Assembly (NCBI GenBank): GCA_051294905.1
Contig: CM119371.1
Location: 744,001 to 808,000, forward strand
From: Botryllus schlosseri
Lineage: Eukaryota
Direction: 5' to 3'
Length of the DNA: 64,000 nt
The notes under the pieces are model-generated. The model did not search any database. It was not told the DNA's origin and saw only the letters and a list, made by a program, of their open reading frames with translations. This document shows positions 1-13,320 of the stretch, piece after piece (the first letter of the stretch is position 1; each line of letters starts with the position of its first letter). The position numbers were made by a program, and so were the translations under genes.

Positions 1-250
1 TTGATATTAATGATTGCATGGCCGGTATTAAAACGTCACACAAATGATTTAACACTGTACACCAGCGGCATGTAGATAAGTGCGTTTTAGTGCGACGATG
101 CCGTCATCGATATGAATCAATTATGACATCACAAGACTTGGCAACCTCGTAAAAAAATAAAAGTAGTCCCCTATGAATATAGGTATATATCTAAATATTT
201 TGAATTAGTCAACTGAGAGCCATACAATAGCATAGGATATTTAATATATA

Positions 251-1210
251 TAGGCGGAGAGGAGGCCAAGATGAGACACGGGGCAAGATGAGACATGCAT
301 TTTTTCACAGAAAGATTTTCGGATGGACAGATTCCTTTAACTATGTTGCTTCCATAATGTCATTCTATAGTCCCACCATTTTAAAAAGGCAAACAGATTC
401 GAGGTTGGGCAGAAAAATTCCAAAAACTATATTTTCATAGTCTATGTCAGTTATGTGAATTCATGTTTGTGAGGGCATACCTATCATAGTACTTCATATT
501 ATGAAACAACATTACTGGAGCAGTGCAATATTAGCAGTGTATTCATGCACTTACCTCTGAAAAGTAACAGACAGAAATTTTTTTTATTAAAGTTTATACT
601 ATAATTTAGCTGTGGGGGTAAGATGAGACAAAACCATGGGGGTAAGATGAGACATGGGTATCAGAGGGCTTTTCTATTGAAGGCCTCGGAAGATTCAAAA
701 TTTACTGCTGAAGGCACACAATACGTGTAATTTATCTAGCAGTTTACCAAATGTGACATTACAAGACCAAATAATAACGAAACTCTTATTGTTGCTGGAT
801 CATATGGATGGTTGGTTTTCAATGTCATTCAAATTTGTATATGATGTACAAATTCTTTTTAAAAGTGAATTATTTCATGATTATTATATTTTATTCACGA
901 TGTTGCTAGTTGATTCATCATTTGGGATGAATTAGTGGTGTGATGAGCAAGTATTGCTTGGTGTCTCCTCTTGAACACAGTGTGTCTTATCTTACCCTCA
1001 CCTGGGGGTAAGTTGAGACATTTGAGCAAAGATTTTCAAGGGTCAAAAAATCCATAAGTATGTTGTTCAATGTATCTCAAGCCATCGTCATAAATAGTAC
1101 AGATCACAGGCTTTCCATTGGTACCAAAATTAATCCTCAGAAGGCATTACTCTTTGAGTGGTGTTGAATTATCAGAAAAGTGTCTCATCTTGGCCTCCTC
1201 TCCCCTACTG
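251..1210. mobile_element. Non-autonomous Tc1/mariner (pogo-like) TIR element
   Basis: TIR GGAGAGGAGGCCAAGATGAGACAC at about 256-279 and its reverse complement at about 1180-1204; right end CCCCTACTG followed by TA; internal GGGGTAAG(A/T)TGAGACA repeats at about 615, 640 and 1005. Confidence 0.65.
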
Positions 1211-1244
1211 TATGTAGCACATTGCATGAAATCCTAACACGTAC

Positions 1245-1286
1245 TTGCGGTCATTGTCTCTTCAGGCTTAAAGATGGCGGTAACCT
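1245..1286 (-). CDS. Candidate 42-nt phase-1/phase-1 micro-exon (KVTAIFKPEETMTA)
   Basis: Acceptor ccattgcaatAG, donor GTACGT, open frame compatible with the candidate exons at 2383-2412 and 3928-4000. Could be chance. Confidence 0.25.
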
Positions 1287-1362
1287 CTATTGCAATGGAA
1301 TTTAATAATCAAAATACTGCAATGGCTACCAACTGACACCACAATACAACTATGGTATAGTA

Positions 1363-2349
1363 CAGGGGTGGGCAAACTACGGCCGCGGGACTCATGCGGC
1401 CCTCGACACCGTTATGTGCGGCCCGCGAGAGTCTAAAGAAACTTATCAAAAATATTGATAAATGCGCACCAAAAATCGAATTAATGCAGGGACTTCATTT
1501 ACCTTTTTCTTAGTATATTTCACCATAATAATTCTAAGAATTATTCTAATTCTAATAATTCTGGTTTTCAAACGGAGGGGCGCTCCCTCCTTGGGGGTCG
1601 TGAAGGCATCTGAAGGGGGCACAAAGCTGAACTCAACTGATTTTTTTTTTCGCGCTCGGCGCGATTTACATACAATTATAGGTTGCGTACTTCCTATATT
1701 ACTTTTATGTTCAATTTCTGGCGCGACAGCCCGATCTCAAATCTCACGCAGTTTAAAATGTTTCAACTGATAAACATCACAGAAATCCTAAACGACATTG
1801 ACATAATTCGGATCACGAGTGTGATTTCAGATTGGCCAGTTCAGTTTTAAATATTTCAGTGGTGTGCTTATAATAATGATTCGCGCGTGTCTTAGGTAGA
1901 TTCGTTCTCTGTATACGTACAATTAGGGTATTTTTATTTTGCCTACACATAGTAGAAGCGTGTTTGAAGCTACCATGGTTATGGTGCTGTCAGCATTGTG
2001 TGCCCTGGAACTGTACCAAAAGTGGAATTGGTAAAGCTATGAACAGATCGCTGCTCACAGATTCAAATTTCAATCCTGTTCAAAGAATTGGGGCAACCGA
2101 CGAATTTTTTATTGAGGTCGACCAGCCTATGAAATCTCGCCACTGTTTCTAACGCTTGTCCGATATCATCAAAGTAATGTTTGATTTGCATTGAATTAGC
2201 ATATATATTATTTCCATGTCAACACTATGTGATATAATCAAATACCAATACTGCGTTTTGGTGTATAGTCCCAATTTTATATAGTGCGACCCGCGAATCG
2301 ATTCAGATGTCGAATGCGGCCCGCGAGCTCAAAAGTTTGCCCACCCCTG
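1363..2349. mobile_element. hAT MITE (CAGGGGTGGGCAAACT TIRs)
   Basis: Terminal inverted repeats with a perfect 8-bp TSD GTATAGTA (1355-1362 / 2350-2357) and subterminal GCGGCCCG motifs. Confidence 0.9.
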
Positions 2350-2382
2350 GTATAGTATACTATCCCCGAACCCCGAACTTAC

Positions 2383-2412
2383 TGCTGCAATAAATATCAA
2401 GGAGTCGATCTC
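2383..2412 (-). CDS. Candidate 30-nt phase-1/phase-1 micro-exon (GDRLLDIYCS)
   Basis: Acceptor cattgcAG, consensus donor GTAAGT, in frame with the exon at 3928-4000. Confidence 0.3.
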
Positions 2413-2871
2413 CTGCAATGTCGAATTTTATGTCATAAAATCATAGTTGACGACCAAATAACGACTACAAAATCGATTATTCTGAAGCAAAGGGGTGAAC
2501 ATACTTCTTGAAGCATCTAGACATCAAGACATCTAACACATTTGAAGCCTTGCGCTTTTCCATTACACTATTATGGAACGTTTACAACCCTAAAACGATA
2601 ATATACAATATCCGAAATACGGCTACGTTACCCAGGAATTTCTGCATCATATTGAAGAAATTATTCTAAATCCTCTCTGGAGGAGTGACATCATCACAGG
2701 TAAATCTCTAATCACTTTGACGACAAATTTCCGAAACGTTTACAACCACAAATAAGCAGTACACTATGCGATATTTAGCACTGAAGCAGGCGCACGAGAA
2801 AGTAGCTTGAGAACCGATTTGTGGTTGCTATGCGCTACGGGTCACGTGATCCACGTCCTGTAAATAGCTTA

Positions 2872-3137
2872 TTGAGAGAGAGAGAGAGAGAGATATGATA
2901 TTCTTTCTCGCCTGCACCATCGAGATGCTTTGGCGACGGAGTTGCGATACGGCCCCATCAGGTCATCTAGTCTGCGCCCCCGTTTTTTCTCCTCCATGCT
3001 ATTCGTGATTGCTGAGCGCCTAGCAGGATAGCTGCGGATACCATTTTTCGAGTCTTTGGTATGACCCGGCCGGGGATCGAACCCACGACCTACCGCTCGA
3101 GAAGCCGGGCGCATAATCATTACACTATCTCGCTCGT
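2872..3137 (-). mobile_element. tRNA-derived SINE with (TC)n tail
   Basis: Minus strand shows an A-box-like TAGTGTAATG and a B-box GGTTCGATCC, then GGTCATACCAAAGACTCGAAAAATGGTATC...GCTAGGCGCTCAGCA, which resembles the MetaSINE core (recalled, not searched), and a TC-repeat tail. Confidence 0.8.
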
Positions 3138-3927
3138 CATTGCTGTGTGTAGGTCTATACTTCGAATTTCGCTACAACTGGTTGTAATTTAACCAAATTT
3201 GGTGAGCATTGTGTCTACTGTCTATAGACAACCTAACATTTTCATGGGGTGAACAGAAAATTTTGAATTTTCATTTATTTCCTTATAATATATAGTAACT
3301 TTCTTCTCCTGTAGCAATTCGGCTACTGGCTGGAATTGAACCAAATTTGGTGTGTAGGCTTAAACTAGGTAGCCTAACAATTTTATCAAAGAGCCAGTAC
3401 GATTTGAGAAAAAAGGCTGTTTTTAACACCCCTACCCTACCTACCTACTGAATAATCGCATATACAGCACACTATGTGCGAAAGGTGTAATCGCTGGCCC
3501 AAACACTACAGTCGCATGTTCAACAGGACTGGTGTGCACAACATATTCGTTGGCCTGAGCAATCGCGTCTGTACCTAATAGGCCTTGTGCGCATGATGGT
3601 GCTGGCCTGAGCTATCGCGTCGCGGGCCTTGCAAACTTTGGCTGAAATTTACTATCCTAACTATCGTTTAGAGACAATGCCGTTAATTATATAATGATTA
3701 GCGATCGCTATGTCATGATTGTTTCGCAGTGACATGGCAAAACAGAATGGCATCAGATACTAAAACATTAAAACATAACTATTCGTATTCATGTACTGCG
3801 AATTCAGGGTGCGTACTATACATGAGTACAGGCTTTTCCCCAGAATTTACATGACATTTTAAGGGTGCGGATTATACATGGGGGCATACTATATTTGGAA
3901 AATTACGGTAACTACGGATATCCTTAC

Positions 3928-4000
3928 CGGTAGCAACGGCTCGCGACGATGAAGGCACACCAGTGATATCAGGTTCTTCAAATCGATGCCTTTTCGCCAT
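3928..4000 (-). CDS. Candidate first coding exon MAKRHRFEEPDITGVPSSSRAVAT of an unknown host gene
   Basis: atcATGg start context, 24 codons plus 1 nt, donor GTAAGG at 3927. Confidence 0.35.
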
Positions 4001-7000
4001 GATAACTATCACGTGATGGGGATATTGAATAGTTACCGCATCATGCAGATAATGCAAGAAAAATAATTATGTTAAATCATGAACTCTATATGCACGACAC
4101 ATCGAGACTCAAAAATATGATCTGTTCAAGTCAGCGACTGTAAACTCTTGGAGGTCAAAAATTTACAAGTCTCATTATCTATGTGAAATTTGATTACCGT
4201 TCAGTAAAAAAACACATCAACTGTGCAAGAATCAAATAATTTTTTTATATGTTCATGTCATTTACCAGGAGTCCAACCCCAACCTAGCGATCCGTAACAG
4301 TCAACAACTAAGCGGAACGCAACTTCAAAACCTATTATTCTCAGAGAACAGTTCAAGATCTGAAAATGTTTTAATTTCAACGTGAATGATCCATGACTGG
4401 CAACCTGTCATTCCTCATTTTACTCTAAATACCACTCATGAATGTCAAGCCATGCTGGAATAATTCAACCAGAAGTGTGTCAAGTAGACGATTGCAAAGG
4501 AGACAGTAGGCTCAGCATCCTATAAGATCAGTAATTTGTTGCTTACATGCAACACAACTGGGTTCTCAGTTGATATTGAGTAGTTCACATCCTGGTAATT
4601 GATTGCTGATTGTAACATCGGTATGGGCTACATTGCTGCAATTCCTGAATAATGGTTACAACACCTATTGAAAGAATATCACTATTCAAATTTGCAGGCA
4701 TATACAGTAACACAATGAAATTTGGCACTCCAATAAAAAATTGGGTACTTGTGAAATAAATGCCCGGAGGTCTAGGCGGCAATAGTTGTTGCATCATAAA
4801 ATGGGTGTGTTGTGGGATAGTAAGTGTTTTACATGTACATTGAAATGAGGGTGAAAAAATCACTAGGTCTGGTCAGGAACAAGTGAAAAAAATAACCCTG
4901 CCATATAAATAGCACGGGATCAAATAGGAGAGAATCGTATAGTTATGAGTTGTCGAGAAAAACGACGTTAGCCCCGCACATGGCGGTAGGGATCTGATAG
5001 TCCACACATGTTGTGCTGTTTGCCTACGCAGATCTACGCAGGCCGTCAAAGAAGGACATACAATGTACTGCGCTTGGTCCCGTCAAGGGCAGTACACAAA
5101 TGTCACACGAATAAACACCACAAGCATTTCCGATGAGACACCTGAACAAAATAGACCAAACGTCAATATTCGAGCCACAAGCGGTGCTATTGTAGCGACC
5201 ATGATTCCGGCCGCGGTTCCATCGTCTGGACCGCCCAGTTCTAGTAGAATGAAATCATCCCAACTTAATACCCCGGATGTGACCGGGCTACATAGGATGT
5301 CAAGTCCAGTATTAAAACCGCGGGTGCGCAATACGTTCGAAACTGAGCTATATACGCGACCCATTCGTGTAATCAATCGTCTCGTAACAACAACACAACA
5401 CCATGACGAAGTGCCTGACACAATACAAGTGGCCAGAGAAATCGAAACGAACAACTACGTCACAAGCAAGAAACACTTCAGCACCAGGGCGGATTACCAT
5501 ACCCTAGATTAAGGTCTGAAGGTAAGTACCAAATTAACCAAATTCATTTCGTCAGGAGATGGCCAGAATGTTCCAACAACATTGGGCCGAAACGACGTGA
5601 CGGAGAGCTGGACGCCAACTGCGAACATAATATTTGCAACGATTAGACCAGGGACCAAATAATAATAATAATACTGTTCGCAACGACCACAGCACATAAC
5701 ATAGGGCTGAGAATATCGAGTTGGTCCAAGTACTGCAAAAACAGGACTAGAAAATATATTAGGGGTGTTACTCGTAGTAATAACCAGTAAACGTAAATAA
5801 CAGCTATTGCTTTGCAGGACAAATTAAAATCGTCAATAAAAAAGACGTAATAATTGAACTAATGAATTAATAATTGTATTTCTTGAAGGTGGGGGAGATT
5901 GTTGGTGTTAATTTTATGTCCGTCTACCGTCTGAGCGATATTATTTTTAACTATGGAAGCTTTGAAACCTCCATTTGCCACATCGCAACATATTAAGCAT
6001 TCAGTACAAAGCTACGCAATATGCACGTTATTGAAATGGCATATCTATGAAGACGTGTGTGTTCACACCACAGTCTGACGATCACTTTTGGTCAAAGGTG
6101 AACGCACACAGTGTGAATGTGCACTTTTGAATCCAAATTGAAATTAGCTGACATTATAATGTAGAATTGCGTGATGTAACAAGCCACAAAGTTACGGAAA
6201 ACACTAGCTTTGAATGCTCAAGGAAAATATATCTGTTGTAGCGGACTTTGCTTGACGAATATGCTAATAAATAGAAAAATGTTGAAAGGCCCGCTGAAGT
6301 AATAGTCGTTAATTTAATTGCCCCGGTGACGAAGAAGTAACCCCACCAATGTCTACCATACTAGTCCCCCAAACATTCGGTAACTTACTGCTTTATCAGT
6401 AACTCGTGAATTCTAACTATTGGCTAGCGAGTGAATAGCTGTGGCACAAAAGTATTAACAGCAATTCTAAATTGTTATCATGGTCGGTGTTGTAAGCTGC
6501 ATGAATGCAGGTGGTTATGCGTGCATACCGCATCACCATTTGCATTAGATATTTCGGAACCAGTAGGTAGGTTTTTGTGTCGGGTGAGTTGATTTTCCGA
6601 CACCTCTGTCAATTTGGTTTTTACAACTACTGCTATCTAACGACACGAAGTGAATACCGCTTGTTTCGCGGCTTTAGTTTAGTATAAGTAAATTGCATTA
6701 TACAGCGCGCTACATCGTGCATTCGAGTATACAAATAAGAGTGGTATTTCTGACATATGTCAGTGGCAAAACAGTATTTTCATAGCGCCAGTCATGACTG
6801 CGCGTAAAATCAATAATTGAATTAAAGTGTAACTTATAGGTTTGCGCGGTACCAGTTTTCTGCAAAAAGTACCGGAAATCGCTTGTGCGATGCTAGCGGT
6901 TATGAATAGGTACACTGTTGAAAGGCCATAAAAGAGTATAGCAATGTGACAGCTCAAAATGGTGGAATACGAACTCTCAACAGTTGCAGTTTAGGCAAAA

Positions 7001-10000
7001 AAGTACATGGTTTTGAAATAACAATACCTAGAATAATCTGCGTGGTGTCGACCCTATTTTGAATTTGGACTGCGCAGATTCCACACACATTATGAATGTA
7101 CTATGTAGGCCTACTATAGCAACATTTACGCCTGGCACTAGAAAAATGCACATTTTGAAATAACTGAATAAAAAGGTTGTTGTACTTGGCATGACTTGTC
7201 AAAATTATGGGACACAGAGACAGTGCAGGCGTGCAATTGCGTCGCGGCATAGTGAATTCTGTCACGTTGAAGTTTTGCGGCCGTGGCAAAATGTAATTTC
7301 CATCTAAATCTATTTAAGTCTAAATATAAAATTATCTTCGAATATTAGATCAGATAAATAACAACACAATTACTGAATTATTTTGCCTTGGTAATTGGTA
7401 TTGTATTATGGTGCTAGGCAGAAATGGCTTGATGAATCATGTTGTACCTAAATGTTACGTAGCAAGGAAAGGTTCAATCACCTAACATTCCGAGGGTAAC
7501 TACTGCTGTCGAGCCCACCAGTTTGTTATCCGCCATCTTTCATTGGCGATAATAACGTGGATGAAGATACCCAGGTTCTAACCTCGTTACGACCCTTTGA
7601 AAAGTTACTAAACCTCATGACAGATTCTGCGGACAACTTGCCTCAAACAGGGGTGTTTTCCGCTAACTTGCAGATCAGGATTGAGTAATACGTTAGTGTG
7701 TAAAATATGGGAGCAGATGGCGTGATTCTTGTAAAATGCAACCATAAATGACTGTGAGAATGTGAATGTTGCAATGGCATATTGACGCACAGGAAAATAT
7801 AAAATTTAGCAGAAACGGCAAAATACGACCTCAATTGGGGGGTTGATCACACCATTGCAAAACTCTTGCACAATAGGGCCATAAATGATGGTGGAAAGGA
7901 AGCGCTGCAGTGGAAAATTGAGGCACAGGAAATAATTAACTGCAGCAAAATGGTGAAATTTGGCTGTAATTGGGGGCTTAATCATGCCGTAGTACGGAGG
8001 ATAGCGACAAAAATTTGCTTGATGAATGTTCGGATGTACGTCAACCCCTACTTTATAAAAATAGCAAATTGCTCGTGGTGATGGGGGTGGATGCGTGCAC
8101 GTCAACGACTTTTCGCTCAAAACTGAATATAACTCGAAGGGTGAGGCCCGAAAATTCAGTTGACTCTGCACCAAACTGTAAAGTGTTAAGGGAGTTGATT
8201 GCCGGTAGCAGTTGGAAAGAGAAGTTACTGGGAGTAATGACGAATTTTGAAATATATTTTGAATAATAGCCATAGGACATTCCATAATGATTGCAAAATA
8301 GGTAAATATTGAACGCAATGATAGAGTCTTAGACTGTCCAGTTATAACCAATCTTCGAGTGATAGTTAGTTTATCTATATATAGGTTGACACTCCACAAG
8401 TTATGGTGTGTCAAGTTAACAGATCTGAATAGTACTTGGGTCATCATGGTACAGACTGCCAATGTTACGTAAAAACTGAATCAGTTATGCCAACTAAGTG
8501 AAACTTGGGTAGTGATAGATGTTTGTTTTCGTTAGTAGCCATTAGCATGTAGGTAGCACAGGTATTTTATTGAAAAAGTAACTATCGTTGCGTGTCTGCA
8601 TCTACAAAAGTAAGTGTTGCATATTGAAGATGGCGCATAAATCGTAGATAATTAGCAGGTGCGTTTGTATGTTTGAAAATTAATTTATATAAACGAAAAT
8701 CATAGACAAAATTATAAAATAATAAAATCCCTTGTGGGGGGGGGGGGTGAGATTTATTGATAAATAATTGATAAATGTCTTAATGAGTATGGAGTATACT
8801 TTATAAGTTCTGAATGAAAGTTGAAGATATTATATTATATGATGCCACTTCATGAATATAGCAAACCGGACACTCAAACTTTGGCACACTGCTATTAGAA
8901 GTCAATTGTGCTTTTGAGTACAGCTTGCTTCGTCGAGTCTAAGCATTGTAGTGCAATAATCCAACACCTAATAGTTGCGACAACGAGGTCCGAGCCGCAT
9001 AGACAACTCCCAGGGGTGTCAAACTCAAATTACGTTACGGGCCGGATAATTGTTGAACAATAACGACTTTGCGCAATACGCCCTATCTAGAAAAAGGACT
9101 TGAAAGTTAGGAATGCGCTAGTCATATGTATGTGACAATTCCTACATCGAGGCGCAACTATTCTAGTTTGTGTACGTTAAAATTTGATGAGCTACGAATT
9201 TATTGATCCGCTTTAATGTGTGAAAGCTATGACTATCAAAGTCGTACCGTTCTCAAGCCTCCCTTATGTGCCAAGATGCTAACATAAATATAATACGGTG
9301 GACTATTCACAATTCAATAGCGTGGAAACGCTGGTGTAAGTTCGTGCCTTTTCGAAACGAGCCGCATTGTCACTAAGTTTCAAATGCATAAAGCCGCGCT
9401 TCACGGATTGTAGCTGTACAAAGTAAAAGGTCGTAAATTTAAGCTCTCAACAATAGGCACTGCAAATCTTATATTTCAGAGAATGCCTACACTGCCCCTC
9501 CAAATTGTTAAGGAAAGGAATCATAGTAACCGAAAAAATAAAGGTGACTTCTGTAGTCATGAGGCTGCCCATATGAGCCGTTATTAAGAAGAATTGCCGT
9601 TGCGTAAGCAACAGATATAATCACCCTAAATAAATCTCAATAGAATAAAAAATAAAATTCTTGTATACAATAGAAAAGTACACACATCATATTTTGCGAA
9701 ATTGATGTGTCGAAAATTGAGTCCAAGGGTTCACGCTTTCTTTTCATGAGATCGATTGCGTCAACGCTAAATTTGCAGAACGTGTTCGAACTCTATAATT
9801 GCCGATACTCACTATCGTGTTGAGTTAACAAAAATGCCGCCATTTTGTATTTCGAATTTGCGCATGCATGGGTTAATGAATGAACTGTCGAATATGCTTT
9901 GTGGATTTAGCCGTTGTGTTGATAGCACTTTGTGCTTATCTGGAATTGTCGTATGCATGTTAGTAGTTAGCTATACCATCAGGTTGCTTTACCGAAAATG

Positions 10001-11285
10001 GCGCCACCATTTTTCCATGTATGCGAACTTTTGCAGTGAGCTGAAGTATATGTAATATATGGGCGTATGCATATTGCATATCCATGCCATGTATGGTGCC
10101 CACATGAATTGTACATTCAGTTGTAATATCCAATGACTACCAATGCAGACATCATGAATGTGTCCTCTATTGTTGGCTAATTTCTAGCTCTACCAATGTA
10201 AAGCCACCAGCAGTCCAGCACTCTCGAAACACAGCCCAAAACGAAGCATCCGGTATCAGACTATATCCACAAGACAGTATATTGACGATTGATTGCGGGA
10301 GGTTCTAAAGTCTTTCGGCATTGAGGGGTGATGTTCGCATGTCCCCCTGGAAGCTCTTGACCTTATAATGATTGGATCGGCTGCTTGCCACAGATGCAAA
10401 GTATACAGAAATAAAGCAGTGCAATAAAATGGGATTGACTGCTAGCCGAAGTTGCAAAGTATACAGAAATGGAGAAGCCAAATGAAATGTGTTGGAATAG
10501 CTCCATGAAGTCGATGAACTAAAGATGAAAAGAGCCAAGAGTATAGAGATATTGCATTCGGAATCTCTGCCTACGACGAACCCTCAACAAACGCCGCCTT
10601 CTGTTGGAATGCGCGATCCCCGAATCGACACGAAAAGTATTTGATGATGTAAAGTACTCAACAAGGGGTCGGTTTCTGGACTGATTTCGGTTCTATACCT
10701 GCAGCTGGAAGACTGGAGAACTCTTATAATACACGAGTCTGAAAGTTGGTCAACTTGAACTCTGAGTGTATTTTTTGTAACATCTATTGGCATGTTTCTT
10801 GTATATTGCATATGCTTGTGTGTCGAGGCAGGAAAGGCCTTCACATTTATATGTGTAAACTAACCTTGGAGTATTGAAAAGTTATCAATCATGCATGACA
10901 TATTTATAGGCCTAGCTTTTACTCGTATTCTGATAGACCCGTACGGGACGATATTTATAGAAGCGCCCTATTTTTGTGTCCATAATTGGTTGATAATGAT
11001 TGGAGTATTTGGTTGTTATAAGGTTTTAGAGAACACGTATAAGGTTAGATTAGAATCTTGGACCTAATGGTCATTGGCTGTTTGGAAACAAAACAAAACT
11101 GCAACTACGGAATACCTCAATCAACATTTACGACTGTGAAAAATCTCCGATCAACATCTACATATCTACGAACGTTGTCAGTACTACAAGAGAGCAAAGA
11201 GCGTCAACTTTGTACTACGAAGTATCCCGAACAAGTGTAGACTACCCGCATAGCAATCGTTATTGGGGCTGCACTCTAAAATAAT

Positions 11286-11303
11286 TGGTGGCCAGTACGG
11301 GGA
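11286..11303 (+). promoter_or_regulatory. Primer-binding site complementary to tRNA-Ile(AAU) 3' end
   Basis: TGGTGGCCAGTACGGGGA is the reverse complement of ...TCCCCGTACTGGCCA-CCA, a known metazoan tRNA-Ile 3' end; it lies 85 nt before the gag ATG. Confidence 0.8.
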
Positions 11304-11387
11304 GCTCCAACTGCACCAGAATATGACCCTCCGGCTTACGTTCCTCTCACTGAGCAGCCGTCTGGTAACGTAAAACAAGGACCAACG

Positions 11388-12770
11388 ATGACGGTTCGCA
11401 AGGGTCTGGATTGTCATACTGTAACGGCCGTCTATCCTAAGCTACCACGTTCTGACTCGACCTCGTTGTCAGACTCTCGAATGGGAACGGCACCATGCTT
11501 CCACGTGGGAAGTGGTGCACGCGCCAAACAGAATAAGCAAAACCCCGTGGAAACGCCAAGCTTCATTAGACTTGGGGGGAACGAGCTCGAGCCCCCCGTT
11601 GCGTCAAAACCAAAAAAGAAACCCTTAGATAAATATATGGGGTATCGAGGATGGCAGGAACGTCGTAACGAGGAGAGGGATTCTCGAAGACGAGCAGGAA
11701 GTGCGGATGGCGAATCCCGACGGGTGACCTTCCAAGAACAGGGTGATACTAGAGAAGATGCGGAAGACACTGGAGACGACGATTACGATGCTCGTATGCG
11801 ATTATTGGCTCGAGAAATAAAGGAGATTGGGAAGTCTCTCCGAAGTTCCGAAAATTCGTCGGAGGAAGATACGGATGAGGGCCGACCTAACAACCCGATT
11901 TATCCAAATATGCCTCGTTTTACCTCTACTCCTAACGATCGTAGCAGACGGTCAGGCCAACAACAGCCGCACCGATATCCCGGTGTTTCGGCCCCATTGC
12001 TCAATGTGTCTGCTAAAATCCAATCAGAAAAAGAAATGCTTCAGCTTATGATGGACCCTGGAGACATGCCACTGCTAAAATGGATGGAGAATTCAATGCG
12101 ACGAATACGCCACGGTCCCGGAAATACGGATGTGGATGTTATTTTGGCTAATGCGCTGCAGAAGAAATTGAGGGCTGCTGGCCGACACAAGCAGGCTACC
12201 CAATTGGGAAATTTTTTTAATACCAATTCGGGGGAAGCAGAATGGGAATCGGTTATGCGATCTCTTTCATTATCTAATCGCCAGGGTTTGGTAAATGATG
12301 AAAAGATCATTGGGGATTTCCGCAGAAATTATCGGTGGGAGGATGAGCCCCTACCTCTGCTGAATAGCGCTTTGAAGCAACTGGAAATAGACATGGATAG
12401 TAAAATTAAGAAAAATCCGGACGGATTGCGTCTTTTCCGAAATCTACGACAGCGACTACCAGAAGCGCTTAGATTGATGTTAAGAGGATGGGAAGAGGAT
12501 AAAAGATGGCGGGACGTTGGGGAGGAGCTACAATTTGTTTGGAACTCCGAGTTTCTGGATGAACAAGAGACGCGCCCTAGGAACCAGGAAACAAAGGAAG
12601 TGTGTGACACAAAGTCATCTTTACCGCCTGCACACTCGTCCCGACGTAATAGCCAAGTGGCTTGGGCGGAACCTCAATACCCTGATCATCCACGTCGATA
12701 TGATGCTTCATATTGGACGGATGATGAACTGAATCAAGATATTCGACTCTCGATCGCTTGCGGGAGCTGA
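11388..12770 (+). CDS. Gag-like protein, 460 aa (charged low-complexity N-terminus, helical capsid-like C-terminal half, no zinc knuckle)
   Basis: Long intact ORF directly after the PBS and directly before a protease-like frame. Confidence 0.7.
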   Translation: MTVRKGLDCHTVTAVYPKLPRSDSTSLSDSRMGTAPCFHVGSGARAKQNKQNPVETPSFIRLGGNELEPPVASKPKKKPLDKYMGYRGWQERRNEERDSRRRAGSADGESRRVTFQEQGDTREDAEDTGDDDYDARMRLLAREIKEIGKSLRSSENSSEEDTDEGRPNNPIYPNMPRFTSTPNDRSRRSGQQQPHRYPGVSAPLLNVSAKIQSEKEMLQLMMDPGDMPLLKWMENSMRRIRHGPGNTDVDVILANALQKKLRAAGRHKQATQLGNFFNTNSGEAEWESVMRSLSLSNRQGLVNDEKIIGDFRRNYRWEDEPLPLLNSALKQLEIDMDSKIKKNPDGLRLFRNLRQRLPEALRLMLRGWEEDKRWRDVGEELQFVWNSEFLDEQETRPRNQETKEVCDTKSSLPPAHSSRRNSQVAWAEPQYPDHPRRYDASYWTDDELNQDIRLSIACGS

Positions 12771-13268
12771 TTGATCCGGTAAATCAGCTCCCAGATAATT
12801 TATTACCGCAACATACAAAAACTGTACATAACTCTTCTTTACCCTTATCTACATTTCTTGATACACTGGATGACCCCTTGTAGCCAAATTTTACGGAATT
12901 GTTCGGCGGCCAACTCTTGTATTCAGTTGATACAACAACAGGTACGAAATTCTGGGCCGACACGAGATGTGTCCTCAATTTGAAAAACGTCGTCGAAACC
13001 AAACACCCACAAAGCTTGGAGGAGCGACAACCCATACCCATAGACATGTGGTATGGGTGACTCCTCCCACGTTGTCTCCTTGGTAATAATTGACTTTGAC
13101 GGACTTCTGGTTCTATTTGCAACTGGGAAAGGAGTCCCTCTCAATATCGTTGGTTTCAAATGGATTGATCAAGTACAGCAATTACCAAGCATAGTAATTG
13201 GGTTGAAAACGCCGTCTAATGCGATTGAAGAGTTGTCTTTAGTAACTCTACATGATGGGATCTCATGA
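12726..13268 (+). pseudogene. Degenerate retropepsin (aspartic protease) region
   Basis: The -1 frame relative to gag reads LLYSVDTTTGTKFWADTRCVLNL (compare Gypsy LFVxDxxTGxKFLVDTGA) and, after a frameshift, PLNIVGFKWI (compare ILGRDWL). It has an in-frame TAG, and the catalytic DTG is changed to DTR. Confidence 0.55.
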
Positions 13269-13320
13269 GATTAACGGGACGGAACCAAAGTCGGAAGCAG
13301 TACTCGCGACACTGTAACCG

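Noticed and set aside
7806-8462. 218-aa minus-strand ORF as a host gene, or the plus frame as a cathepsin fragment
   Set aside because: No recognisable domain; the QEIINCS..GCNWGL resemblance lacks the catalytic CGSCWAF context.
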